Source: Laetmonice hystrix (Eukaryota). From it: a stretch of 64,000 nucleotides of DNA. Under the pieces are notes generated by a model. It did not search any database. It had not been told where the DNA came from and saw only the letters and a list, made by a program, of their open reading frames with translations. The translations under genes were made by a program, and so were the position numbers. Shown piece after piece: positions 38,101 through 50,597 of the stretch. Numbering within the stretch: position 1 is the first letter of the stretch; every line of letters starts with the position of its first letter. Where the stretch lies: contig OZ249451.1 in NCBI GenBank assembly GCA_965235115.1, positions 10,354,001-10,418,000 of the forward strand, in the 5' to 3' direction.

Positions 38101-41100
38101 AAGGTTATTAAGGCTTCCTACACTTCAGGAAAGGCATGAAACTGATCGAATATCAAGGCCTCGAGAACTAGGCCCCCCTACACTGGCCTCAGAGAACTAG
38201 GCCCCCCCCCCCTACACTGACCTCAGAGAACTAGACCCCCCTGCCACACTGGCCTCAGAGAACTAGGCCCCCCTACACTGACCTCGGAGAACTAGGCCCC
38301 CTACATTGGCCTCAGAGAACTAGGCCCCTAGTCTACACTGGCCTCAGAGAACTAGGCCCCCCTACACTGGCCTCAGAGAACTAGGCCCCCTACACTGACC
38401 TCAGAGAACTAGACCCCCCCCCCTGCCACACTGGCCTCAGAGAACTAGGCCCCCCTACACTGGCCTCAGAGAACTAGGCCCCTACACTGGCCTCGGAGAA
38501 CTAGGCCCCTACACTGGCCTCAGAGAACTAGGCCCCCTACACTGGCCTCAGAGAACTAGGCCCCCTACACTGACCTCAGAGAACTAGCCACCCCCTACAC
38601 TGACCTCAGAGAACTAGGCCCCCTACACTGACCTCAGAGAACTTGACCCCCCCCCCCTGCCACACTGGCCTCAGAGAACTAGGCCCCCCTACACTGGCCT
38701 CAGAGAACTAGGCCCCTACACTGGCCTCAGAGAACTAGGCCCCTACACTGGCCTCAGAGAACTAGGCCCCCTACACTGGCCTCAGAGAACTAGGCCCCCT
38801 ACACTGGCCTCAGAGAATTAGGCCCCCCTACACTGACCTCAGAGAACTAGACCCCCCCTCCAACACTGGCCTCAGAGAACTAGCCCCCCCCCCCCCCATA
38901 CTGGCCTCAGAGAACTAGGCCCCCTACATTGGCCTCAGAGAACTAGGCCCCTAGTCTACACTGGCCTCATAGAACTAGGCCCCCCTACACTGACCTCAGA
39001 GAACTAGACCCCCCCTCCCACACTGGCCTCAGAGAACTAGGCGCCCCTACACTGGCCTCAGAGAACTAGGCCCCTACACTGGCCTCGGAGAACTAGGCCC
39101 CCTACACTGGCCTCAGAGAACTAGACCCCCCAAGACTGACCTCAGAGAACTAGGCCCCCCTACACTGACCTCAGAGAACTAGACCCCCCTACACTGACCT
39201 CGGAGAACTAGGCCCCCTACATTGGCCTCAGAGAACTAGGCCCCTAGTCTACACTGGCCCCAGAGAACTAGGCCCCCCTACACTGGCCTCAGAGAACTAG
39301 CCCCCCCCCCCCTACACTGGCCACAGAGAACGAGGCACCCCTACACTGGCCTTAGAGAACTAGGCCCCCTACACTGGCCTCAGAGAACTAGGCGCCCCTA
39401 CACTGGCCTCAGAGAACTAGGCCCCCCTACAGACTACACTGACTGGCCTCAGAGAACTAGGCCCCTACACTGGCCTCAGAGAACTAGGCCCCCTACACTG
39501 GCCTCAGAGAACTAGGCCCCCTACACTGGCCTCAGAGAACTAGGCCCCCCTACACTGGCCTCAGAGAACTAGGCCCCCTACACTGGCCTCAGAGAACTAG
39601 GCCCCCCTACACTGGCCTCAGAGAACTAGGCCCCCTTACAGTTACACTGGCCTCAGAGAACTAGGCCCCCTTACAGTTACACTGGCCTCAGAGAACTAGG
39701 CCCCTACACTGGCCTTAGAGAACTAGGCCCCCCTACACTGGCCTCAGAGAAGTAGGCCCCCTACACTGACCTCAGAGAACTAGGCCCCCTACACTGGCCT
39801 CAGAGAACTAGGCCCCCCTACGTACACTGACCTCGGAGAACTAGGCCCCCCTACACTGGCCTGAAGGAGCCAGGCCCCCCTACACTGGCCTCAGTGAACT
39901 AGGCACCCCCTACCTAGGCAACACTGACTGGCCTCAGAGAACTAGGCCCCTACACTGGCCTAAGAGAACTAGGCCCCACTACACTGGCCTCGGAGAACTA
40001 GGCCCCTACACTGGCCTCAGAGAACTAGGCCCCCTACACTGGCCTCAGAGATCTAGGCCCCCTACAATGGCCTCAGAGAACTAGGAGCCTACACTGGCCT
40101 CAGAGAACAAGGCCCCCTACACTGGCCTCAGAGAACTAGGCCCCCCTACACTGGCCTCAGAGAACTAGGCCCCCTACACTGGCCTCAGAGAACTAGGCCC
40201 CTACACTGGCCTCAGAGAACTAGGCCCCTACACTGGCCTCAGAGAACTAGGCCCCGCTACACTGGCCTCGGAGAACTAGGCCCCCTACACTGGCCTCAGA
40301 GAACTAGGCCCCCTACACTTGCCTCAGAGAACTAGGCCCCCTACACTTGCCTCGGAGAACTAGGCCTCCCACACTGGCCTCAGCTATCTCCAGCAAGCAG
40401 CATTATCCTCAGATCTGTTAGAAAGGCAGTACCACTGCAGCCACCTGGTACAGACTATGATGATATATTGCCCCAGGAATGTTCTAGTTTGCACAGATCA
40501 TCCATCTAAAGGCAGAATTGCGACACATGAAAACACTCTGAGACAGCTATACTTCCTGCGAAGGCCGACTTTAAAATAAAAACATACTGGACTTCATGCA
40601 TAAACCAATGTTCAGCATAAATTCCCAACCCTAAGGACGGTTTTTACACATTTCATTTTCCTTATGCACAATATTATTTTTTAGACTAAGCTACCTTGAC
40701 CGAAAATGTCAAAGAGGTGACATAAATTATTTTTCTACCAATGTTCATCTCTCAATCAACGACGAAACAGGTCAAACATATCATACCATGTACTTATACA
40801 GTAAGTATACGTTTTCTATTTTCTAATTCTTTTATAAACTCTGAATAAATTTTGCTTAATTTCCCTCCAACCTGCTTCATTACATGTTTTACGAAAAGGA
40901 TGTGAATCATACAATTTTCAAGTGCAGCCTGATACTGACAGTGACAAAGTAGGAAACATCCTGCACTCTCAGCATTCAGCATCACACGAACAAACTGTTT
41001 ATGTTATTCAACTCAGGGTCCAACCATTCTGGCTGCATGCACCAAATCAGGAAAAACCATTCACAATTGCAGGGGTTTCCCTAATGGATTATCTGAGTGT

Positions 41101-44100
41101 CTGGTCAACAGACAACATCCAGCGCTTCTTATACTATGACTGACTGGTCTAATGTGTCTCCCCTGTGTACGTTCAGAGCCATGACTAACGTTCAGTGCCA
41201 TGACCTATGCAGAGAGCAGAGCACCCTGCTTCGTCATTTCTTTGTCAAATCTGAAGGTTTTCATTTCTGGTCTTTCAAAATTAAATGCCCACTTGCTCAT
41301 ATTTTTCTTTGTTTGTGTTGCATGTAAAAATCCCTCTTTTAAGGTATCATACTGTGCTATTTCGTAAAGCTGGGGAAAGCACACATTCACTGAATTCAAT
41401 GCTGGGTATGATTTCAGTGTGCCAGTCATAGTCCAGGGCTCTCCCCAACACTGTTATAGAGTATTGAGTTTGCAGACCTGGCACACAATAAGTATATAAC
41501 CTCACGTATGTATATATATGCTGTGCAGAAAAAAATAATGTGTCCCTGCCACCTAAACGATCTGTGATTCACAAAGAAAATAATATCACCTTTTTTTGTG
41601 TATTTAGATAAATGAATTATATATGTAAAGTAAGGAATTATAATGAAGTCCCTGACTTACGACATGACACTCTCTGCCACTAGGTACCTCCACTCGACAA
41701 GACTACAACCAGATAAGAAGTCTACCTGCCTCAACGAAACATGGTTAGCTCTTACAAAAAAAACCTGTTCATTCACAAGAATGGCATTGTCATCAGAGAA
41801 CACTGCCTTCCTCATTCTTCTTACCGGCCACAGTTGTTTACAAAGACACTGTCCTGCCAGACATCACACAATGCCCCTTCTCAGGATCATCAATAATGCA
41901 AACCGTCATACCATGATACCTCCCTTATGAGACAGTCCCTTACGTATCACCGAGACCATGTCAGGTCTGACCCACCATGCATACACACAATTCATCAATC
42001 TAGGACCTACTTTTGGGATACATTCATTGCTGATGAAAGATTTTTTGACATGTCCATGATTACAAAGTTATAATCAATAATACAACACATTCTGTCCCTG
42101 CAGATTAATTGAGGGATTTAATCCATGATGTAAATGTCATCCAAACTCGGGTATTCTTTAGAAATTCTGCCATATTCTACACCTTCTTTGAAACTGCCTT
42201 CATGCTGCTATCTTGACCATTCGGCGATGCTAATTTATAAGTTCAGGGCACCAACATTAGAAAGCGTAGCACAATAAGTGTTGGGCCTGCCTTGATTCTT
42301 ACCTCCATGGTGCTGCTGATGGTGGTGATGATGGAAGATGTTCTGTGGTTGATTCTTTGGTGGGGGGTATGAGAGACTCATCACTGAAACAAAGTAGAAG
42401 ATGTTGCAGAGTTTAATATGCAGGAGTGATTATTTTTATGGAAGTCTGAGATCCATTCTCATCACAGTTTTAGTTTAAGATATATATACATGACTACGTG
42501 TATCTATCAGTATTAGAATTCTACACACATTTCTGAACAAACTCTAAATTTACTTCTACTAATTACATTGTTCAAAATTTTTTGAGATATGATTGACTTT
42601 CAGGCTGTTAATCACATCCTTAAATTACCAACCAGCATACACTACTTTTTGAAGGGAAACACGAGTGTAACTATCCTCATTAGAATTCTGCACTGCATTT
42701 CTTCAATCAATTGCCTTCTAATAAACAAAAGGTCTCTACTAATTCACCTTAAAATATATATGTTCAATATATTATATTATCTTCCTATACCAGTAAGCAT
42801 TTTACATTATCAGAATATGAGTAAGAGTCCACCAGGAGCTTATGTTTGAACGACACTGAGATTAGTCAGCCTTAGGCTTATCATGATAAGATTACAGTCT
42901 CAGTCTGTGACTAGAATCATCCCCCCCCCCCAGACACAATGGCCCGGAACAAGATAATCACACATTCTTTCTGTGACTCACTGATTTATACAACCTTTTC
43001 TTTTTTTATGGTTTATTGGTCTGTCTAGTTTTTCACTTCTGTTTCCAAAGTTAAACAGCTTAAATGGGCCTGGTGTGATGTGCTCTATAATGGACAATTG
43101 TTACTTAGAGTACTGTGCTCTATAATGGACAATTGTTACTTAGACTGTGCAGGGGTGGTTCAAGATTTTCACAAGCACACAAACCGTATGCAAGGGGGGG
43201 GGGAGAGGGGTTAACACCCAACATACACCTTTAAAAAATGGGGAAAAATGTTGATTTGTCATCCTATAATGGCAAAAAAAGACGTTTTCTTATGTACACT
43301 TTCTTTTGAGGGAGGGGCGTCATGGAAAAGAATACTCTTTGTACGCTTGTGAATTTTTTTTATGTTGAACCACCCCTTACCTATACAGTATTGTATTCAA
43401 TGATTTCTTAGATGACAGTACATGTACAGGCCAATACGTGTATGGAATTTGTTCAACCTCATGCACGACCAAAATTACTTGTATTGTATGTCAAAATGAT
43501 ATCTTCATTGAATCGTTAATAAAAGGGGCCTACATCCTGTCGATGCAATCTGATCCTAATAGACCCTGGTTGAGACTGGTAGGTTGGGAGGCAGACCTTT
43601 GGCCCCCACACCTCATCTAACCAGCCCCTTCCAATCCTGGGATGTGCCTGTATTGCCAACTACCCCACCATGGGGGAAAGGGAAAATCTATAGACATCAG
43701 ACCCCTTAGATGTCAGTCGTAGTTTCTTCATTTGACCAGGCAGTCCATAATGCTGTAATTCTTATCTTTTTTTGTTATTATATCTTTAATCATAATCTTT
43801 GACTTCCTTCCCTTAATTGCTGACTTTGATGAGAGCAGCTTGTAAAGTGCACTTCTGCTTCCAGGCTGTGTCATTTGAAAGAGTTACCAAACTTGGCCTT
43901 TATTAATTATGTACACCATCTTGCCGCAGACAATGGCAGCAAGAATGAGACACCCCTGCTAGGTGTTCACCCCACTCCTCAGGTCCAAACAAGGTATATC
44001 ATGCCCTTAAGCTGTAACTTTGTGTGATTTACTTTAATCATGTGATTACTTACCCTTGTCTCCTGCATCTTTGTCTCCAAACTGATCAAGAGTATTTATA

Positions 44101-44174
44101 ATCTCCTCCCTGCTTGGTGGAGGGACGTTACTGCCAGAAGCTCTACGTCCTGTTAACCCACGGAAGCGAGGCAT
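17184..44174 (-). CDS. TBC1D5: TBC1 domain family member 5 (Rab-GAP), 21 coding exons, about 843 aa
   Basis: Exons 44174-44054, 42383-42303, 38077-37951, 36839-36731 (GRLRSSRFRSICWK), 29603-29514, 29335-29261 (NNPLSQE), 29081-29014 (SPWNQFFQD..IKQDVIRT, Arg finger), 28155-28053 (YRQ, Gln finger), 26188-26100 (GMHELLAP), 24633-24583 (EHDA), 24252-24180, 24024-23855, 23720-23578 (RWVRLLFGREF..WDAIFAD), 23340-23234, 22280-22175, 20566-20411, 19528-19392, 18843-18744 (EAMCK.C..KMD.HI), 18626-18547 (AGLKQ), 18103-17917 and 17542-17184. All phases match, total 2532 nt. The first three and last exons rest on phase logic rather than recognised homology. Confidence 0.93.
17627..17716 (+). repeat. Degenerate TTAGGG-like interstitial tract
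   Basis: tttaggggtagggttagttttagggattagggc... in the last TBC1D5 intron. Confidence 0.6.
18172..18505. repeat. 54-bp minisatellite, about 6 copies
   Basis: Unit aaaggaacacctcagctggaccccagggtatcatgacataccagttatcctctt. Confidence 0.95.
22592..23220. repeat. 28-bp minisatellite, about 22 copies
   Basis: Unit aactcaatctctgagttcaatgggttta, with period 28 measured at 22594/22622/22650. It contains an internal AACTCA..TGAGTT inverted pair. Confidence 0.95.
28309..28567. mobile_element. MITE with 12-bp TIR (CAGGGTTCCCAC), hAT-like ends
   Basis: cagggttcccac ... gtgggaaccctg, with internal ttcatgacttttcc repeats. No TSD found. Confidence 0.6.
29818..30088 (-). repeat. 3' LTR
   Basis: Direct repeat of 36356-36626, preceded on the minus strand by the polypurine tract aaggaggggagaa (30089-30101). 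Confidence 0.97.
30125..36082 (-). pseudogene. BEL/Pao gag-pol, single frame of 1986 codons broken by three in-frame stops
   Basis: The four ORFs are in one frame. Motifs: Gag CCHC knuckles, protease-like ALFDAQS, RT YMDD, RNase H HIFVDASQDAYGAV, integrase H..QH..C..C and D-D-E (VDFAGP, SDNGTNF, GVHE). Stops at 33755-57 (TGA), 31718-20 (TAG) and 31049-51 (TGA). Confidence 0.93.
36337..36354 (-). other. Primer-binding site, initiator tRNA-Met-like
   Basis: TGGTAGCAGAGCGTGGTT one base inside the 5' LTR. It is complementary to the ...CTCTGCTACCA 3' end of eukaryotic initiator tRNA-Met. Confidence 0.8.
36356..36626 (-). repeat. 5' LTR
   Basis: Direct repeat of 29818-30088. Contains a minus-strand AATAAA at 36400-36405. 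Confidence 0.97.
38157..40383. repeat. About 29-30-bp minisatellite, roughly 75 copies
   Basis: Unit ctacactggcctcagagaactaggcccc with a variable C-run, in TBC1D5 intron 2. Confidence 0.97.
43151..43377. mobile_element. MITE with TIRs
   Basis: aggggtggttcaa...cacaagc and gcttgtg...ttgaaccacccct are reverse complements. Confidence 0.65.
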
Positions 44175-44763
44175 CTCAGGTTATCCTTCGTGAAAGGGAA
44201 GAGTTTTACATTCTCTGTGAGACAAGGCAATGGTTTTACACTGAACTGGATTATTTATGATTTTACATTACACAAGTTACAACTTTTTCTAATCATTCTA
44301 ATGAGGAAATTAATATCTCGTCGAGAAGCAGAGCATGACACTGGCATGAGACAATAAAAAATGTTTCTACCAGCCCCTCGTACCCATAGACTGGTTTGGG
44401 CGGCCCCTCCCAGCCACCGGCCGGAGGTAGGGCCCCTAACGTACGCCTACACCCCCCCCCCCACCCCCCACCCCCCACCCCGGGGGACCGGAGGCGGAGC
44501 CGTGAGCGTAGGTTCGGGCGATAATACAGTACTTACCACTCTAGGTCGCGCCGCCCATTACCAAGCTGTCAAACCTTCACGTGTTTGTCATTTCAAAGCG
44601 ATTTTTTTATGCAGATATTCTCTCGACACTGGAAATATATCCATGGTGTTTAAACTATCCAGTCTAGAGTGATCATTTCACATTTTCATCACCCCATAAA
44701 CACGGAAGACCTCCGCCTCTGATCCTCACACGGAGCGGGGATCAACGCTACTTCCCACTTAAT

Positions 44764-44915
44764 CCGGTAGATGGCGCTAGAGCTATCATTATGCACGAGG
44801 CTGGTACCCGGCTCACTCGCTAGGTGGCTCTGTGGTCGACAGAGCCACCTGGCGAGTCATCCGGGAACCAACTTAGGAGAGAAGCTACTTCCAACTTAAT
44901 CCAGTAGAGGGCGCT
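44764..44915. promoter_or_regulatory. Cluster of CTCF-like motifs and a 31-bp-arm hairpin just upstream of the likely TBC1D5 5' exon
   Basis: CCGGTAGATGGCGCT (44764-78) and CCAGTAGAGGGCGCT (44901-15). Inverted arms 44803-44833 and 44839-44869 each contain CGC(C/T)AGGTGGC. A minus-strand gtaagt donor at 44536 suggests a non-coding first exon. Confidence 0.45.
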
Positions 44916-46197
44916 CGGTCTATCATTTTGCATACACTTTTCACGAAAACACAACCGAGAGAGGAGCTATTTCCATCAGTATAGAGACCACTCAATTTAT
45001 CATTTTACATGAGGCTGTCGCGATCGTGCATGAAAACGACACGTTTTGAGTGTGACTGGAAGACTAATATTCAGGGCTTAGTTCAGGGCTCTGATTTGTT
45101 GGAGTAGCTAGGAAAGCCCCCGCCCCCCCCCAACCTTATTGGGCGTGTGTGATTCGGGGGGGGGGGGGGGGGGGGTGGCATATAGTGCAGGAGGATTGGA
45201 ACGCGGTTGTAAACTCTTATTAGGGCAACTGGACGTTTATTAGGGCAAGTAGACGCCTTTTAGGGCAAGTGGACGCTTACCTAGGCCTATTGGTCGAATG
45301 GGGTAAATTATGCATGAGCAGGCTATAGCCAGCTTTGATTTTAAAGCATGACACAGAACACATCGGCCTTAGTTTGCTCAAACTAGCTGTATTCATTTGA
45401 CAAAATTGCAGTTCACAGGCATCCTACATAACCGATTCTATACCTATACATTTTTTAAAAAAGCTATACTTGCACTTGTAGGCCTATATTAGTTGTGACA
45501 GGCTCAGAACCTTCTGTACTAACACTGTGATATTGCTACTTTAGTAGGCATAATGATAAGGCCCACCCATTTTATCTCTGATTAATTTTAGACAGGAAAG
45601 AAAATGATCTGCAGAAGCAAAAGCCTATAGGGCTTATATCTAAGCTTAGCCGCCTCCCATTTCCAACCCTTAGCATAGGCCTATAGGAATCTAGTACTAG
45701 GCTTATAGTATTGTTAAAATACCGTCATTTTTAGCATAGGCCTGTATACAGAGGAGGGGTTCATAGGCCTTTAGAGCCCTATTACACAGGGAATGAACAA
45801 GCAATTTAAGGCTTAGAACTTCTAGTGCTTAATAATATATTAAGCTATCGGTCTCGCTACATAAGAGGTAATTAGGCCTAATTAATTAATAATGCCCCTA
45901 ATTACTTTCTGTTATAAACTACTGCCTACTATTATAGACCTATCATCTAACATAGTTGTCCAGGCCAAGAAATAGCCTAAATCCTACGGTTTCAAATGCT
46001 TTTAAAATGAGCAATTCGAACCATCAATTTGAATGTGTTTGATTAAATCAGTACCATGTAGCCCTAACCGAGACATTCGTCCCACGCCCCACTGCTACAC
46101 AACCTAAATCTATAAGATCTATTGTGTAGCACGGTGGGGCACGGGGCCCAACAGCGACATATCCGACCACGTTTGTGCTGAATTGAATCTACAAAAA

Positions 46198-49100
46198 TTA
46201 TTCATGCTCCTGGATGTCACTGCCTTTTGAGGTCGAGCTGATGGTTTTCTCTTTTAGGCCGGCTAGGTCGCCTGTTCCTGGGAAGAGGGACCTACGGCGG
46301 AGACCGGTCTCGCCAAGGACGGTCGTACGGACGATGATCTCCGTCACCCGGTAGGGATCACAGTTAGAAGCCGGTCTCCGGTCCTCCAGGTACCCCTTGC
46401 CCTCCTCCCCGACCGGCCGTGGGATACGGATACTTGCCCCGCGATTAGCGACCCCTGCCGAGAAGTCCGTCATACTGCTAGTTTCGTGAAGTCCCGTCAG
46501 GCGGCGCTCATTGTCTTTGCCTCCTTTTGGGTCGTAGTAGTAGAGATGGAGGGTGTGACGTAGGCGGAGCTTTTCAATGGCTTCCTCAATGTGCCTGAAA
46601 ATAGCAACAATAGAAGAGCAATATCAACCCGATCTGAGAAAGAAAAGATTTGCTTTAGTGATGACAGGAGGATACTATAGTCAGGGGCCTATACCTGGGC
46701 CATTCGGGAATCCTCGGCCATATCTTCGAAAGTAGCCTCGGGTGAAATAGGTGCCATTTTGAGCATTGCATCGCGGGTACATTTAGCCGGGACTCTCGAC
46801 AGCATGGCAGTGCTTGCAGTATTTTTTCTGCATCAGGCATGGAAGCAACTAAAATAGGCCTACAATGCTTTCCCCGAAGTCAGTGGGCAATATTACAATA
46901 GTATCATGTCATGATACAACTTAAATTACAACATGATTACAAGTAGTCCTACCATGTGTCGGGCCAGTGTCGTACATGGGCGCGGCCATATTGCTTCCCA
47001 GAATTTGATAAATTACCGTATTGACGCCCATTTAGGTAAATTGGTTGATTCATTTTTCTTCTTCAAACGTTCCCCTTCATACCAAAAATTTATATCGCCG
47101 AAGGAGCAGGTGTCAATAATGCACTACTTCCTGGCTCGATATGGGATATGACGGTTCACTCAGTGCCTCGCTACACACCTCCATTTGGCCGTGTATCTGG
47201 TTGCCAAACATGGCCGCTATTCCACCCGAGGGTATATTCGAATAGCAGGAAGTGACGTCATATGCCCGAGGGAGTCCCGAATGATACCTGGGCCTGAGTG
47301 TTATTATAGGCCCATTCGGAAAACCTCGGCCCAACTTCCGGTCGCTTCGCTGTAGTTGTGCTCGGACACCCCTCGACGCATTGATATACATGGATTCCAT
47401 GTATCGCCCCAGTGCGCAATGACACAAGACTGGCACAGGTAGTGAGATGCCGGCAAAAAATGAGTCCCTTATATATATAGTGGGTAGAGCCTCTATTAAT
47501 GGTGTTAGTAAACTCATATAGACCAGATATCATTATAAAGTTGTTGTTACGTTAACAACTTTGACCAAACATAGATTAATCGAATAAAATGACCCGGCAA
47601 CTTCGCGACAGCTCTGCAGGGCCGCACGGGTGGCTCCCGGTGGGGATAGCGAGGGTGGCCCGGCAGTCCGCGTGCTCCGAGTCGACCACTTTGAGTATGG
47701 ATTTGCCGTATTATTTACCTTGATTTGACTGGATTCAACACAATTGTGTTCAACATAACGCATAACATGAGAGTCAAGTCGTCAAAATGAACCGTCACAA
47801 TCGGCGTGTTAATGAAAGAAGTCAAAGTTCAAACCGTCACAGAAAAACGGGTGTTACGATTCAACGGTGGCGTGTAACTGTTTGACAGGCTACCTTGATT
47901 CGATCCTCTTATCGCACGGATCATACATGCTAAATAAGGGATTAGTCCACGTTTTCATGGCTAATGACATTGTCAAGAAAGGCTACAATCCGTGACAAAT
48001 TCGGTTTCAGTTTTTTGCCAACTATTAACGAAGAAAGCCGTCTATTGACAGCACCACAGCCCAGACACTGGCCGTTGTTTACATGGGACGCTACGACAAT
48101 AGTGCGCTGACCCCATCTGACCCAATATGGCGACCTCCGATTGGTATCCGAGTCTCTCTACATCGTAAAGGGCTCGGTGTTCCGAATGATTATAGGCCTA
48201 GGCCTACTCCCAGTGGGAGGGAGAGCCACGTGCCCGCGATCGCAGCGCCGTGCAGTGTGTAAAGTGAATGAAGCTCATAGCGTCAATGTTAATTTGTCAA
48301 CCCAGGTGGTTTTCATTGATTCTATCAGTATAAAGTAAATGTTCTATTACATTCAGGAAATCTGCGTTTTTGGCAGCGTGGGCCTCTGATGGAAGATCAG
48401 TCGTCTGAATTTGACATATTTGAATGGAAATTGTGTCTATAGAAATGGGGAAGTTCGGTCACTACCAGCTAGAGAGAAACGTGGCCAACATTAGCAAAAG
48501 GAGTGTATGTCTCGGCTTAGATCCACATGCAGGCTTTAAGAGTTTAGTGAACAGAGAAACTTACTTGAGGCCGCCGTCTTCCCTCATCTCTTGGGTGGAG
48601 AAGTTGGTGTGAGCCCCGGCCCCGTTCCAATCTCCAGGCATGGGTTTGGGATCGAAGGATACGAGTACTCCGAAATCCTCGGCCACTCGATGGAGGATGT
48701 ACCGGGACATCCAGAGCTGGTCTCCCATGTTGATACCTTCACATGGCCCCACTTGGTACTCCCACTGGAACGTACCCACACACAGCCGCGGTTAGGTACG
48801 GACCCTGGGGTTTACAATGTGGTCTACAGTAGGACGGGGTGAAGCTTAGGGGGACGTTATGTATAGAACGTATAGCCGGGTCTAGTATTTCCAAGGAGAC
48901 ACACCGTGTGTATTTCTGGTCTCGATATTTCTCTTTCTCTCCCTCCCTTTATCTCTCCGTCTATTTCTTTATTCTCTCTCTCGCGCTCCCTTTCTTTCTC
49001 TGGGGAGAGAGGGAGGGACGGAGGGTGTTGCAGGGGTCCGACCACCCTGACATTATTCAACCTCATACTAGAACTAAGACTTTAATCCCCACATCCATTC

Positions 49101-50597
49101 ATTTTACCATTTTCCAAAATCATTGCCCCTCCCTATCTATGATATTGCGACTTGGCCCGTACCTGAGCGGGCATGACTTCAGCGTTGGTGCCACTGATTT
49201 CAATACCAGCATATATACACGCCCTGTAGTGGGCCTCCACGATGGCGCGCCCATACACCTTGTCCGTGCCCACCCCGCAGTAGTACGGACCTGAGTAGAG
49301 TCACAGGCCTATATAATTCACCTTATATGATTTAGCAATTATGGACACAAAAAGTAAAGTTTTTAAAAATAAAAATAGCATCCTCGCTGAGTAGAGTAAA
49401 ATTACCTAGAGGAAATGAGATAAGACGAAAAGTCTTGCAATGAATCAGATGAAATTCTCACAACTAATATTTTTAAAACTGTGACAGATAAGTTATACTT
49501 TGGGCTTCATACACATTGCATTGTTTTGGCAACGAGATCCCATGCTCAGCCTGGCCTCGTATACTGAACGGCCACTATTGTCTAAGAAGAATGCAGTGAC
49601 GTCATCGTGGAGTCTCTGACGTCATAAAGTCGGATGTGACGGTGCGTACGTACCTTGTGGTCCCGGGAAGCCATTTTTGGGCCAGCCAAACGGCCGGTTG
49701 TCCTGGTCAAGTAACGTGTACTCCTGCTCGATACCGAACCACGGGTGAGAGCTGGCAGCGCCCTTCATGGCGTCCAAACACTTGTAGCGAAAATTGGATT
49801 CTACAAATGATTCAACGCGAAGGTCAAACAACAAAGGTCAACTATATGTATGCATTGTTATCTCCTACCGTCATAATCTGTAGGCCTATATCTATAGCAT
49901 TTTAACATCTCCCAGGACTCCCCTTCCTCTATACAGGGCCCTCTTGTATAGAGGATATAGGTGGTTTGCCCTACCTACTGGTAGTTTGCGGTAATCAAGA
50001 CATTCACAGAGCACCAGTTTATTCCTGCCCAGTCTGAATGGGTCTCTGAAGATGGCCACCGGCTTCAGGTAGACGTCCGAGTTCATGCCTACAGCCTGGC
50101 CCGTGCTCGATCCGTCAAAGTTCCATACTGGACAGTCTGAAATACAGTTAAACGGGCGATTGTCACGAACCGCAGGAAGTAATTGGGTAGGGGCTGGGAC
50201 CGCAGAACCCTCCCTCATTCCTCACTAATTCCTCACCTGGGGCCCTAGAGGCCCTACAATCTGACCAAACTGTTACAGGCCCGGCTCAAGCGAGGTTCAG
50301 GGGATTAACCCCTTCTGGAGAAGAACAAAGAGTTCCAAAGAACTATAACCTATAGATGTGCCCCCTATTCATGTTTACCAGCTTCTTCACACCCCTCCAC
50401 CCCCAGGGGATATACCTACCTCCGGGAACTCCCGGTTCAAAGTCCATGGTCCGTGTCTTGGATCTCAGCTGCTCACCGGTACCGTCTATCCACACGTACA
50501 TGGCCTGTACCTTCTCCTCAGGTTGCTCCAAGGCAAGGTACCGGTAGAGTACCGTCTTGTCGGTTACAGCGTTCGTCGAAATACCCGAATGCGCCAT
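46198..50597 (-). CDS. GLUL: Glutamine synthetase (GS type II), 6 coding exons, 403 aa
   Basis: Exons 50597-50420, 50136-49975, 49800-49654, 49290-49163, 48764-48565 and 46594-46198, all phase-consistent. Motifs [71 protein letters not shown] and YLEDRRP. Confidence 0.98.
46701..47283. mobile_element. Mutator-like non-autonomous element, copy 1
   Basis: Ends cattcggga...tcccgaatg with 10-bp TSD ATACCTGGGC (46691-46700 and 47284-47293). Confidence 0.85.
47313..48188. mobile_element. Mutator-like non-autonomous element, related TIR, different interior
   Basis: Ends cattcggaa...ttccgaatg with 10-bp TSD ATTATAGGCC (47303-47312 and 48189-48198). Confidence 0.8.

Noticed and set aside
521-40383. 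CRISPR-like appearance of the short-unit arrays
   Set aside because: The units are head-to-tail with no unique spacers, there are no cas genes, and the context is spliceosomal.
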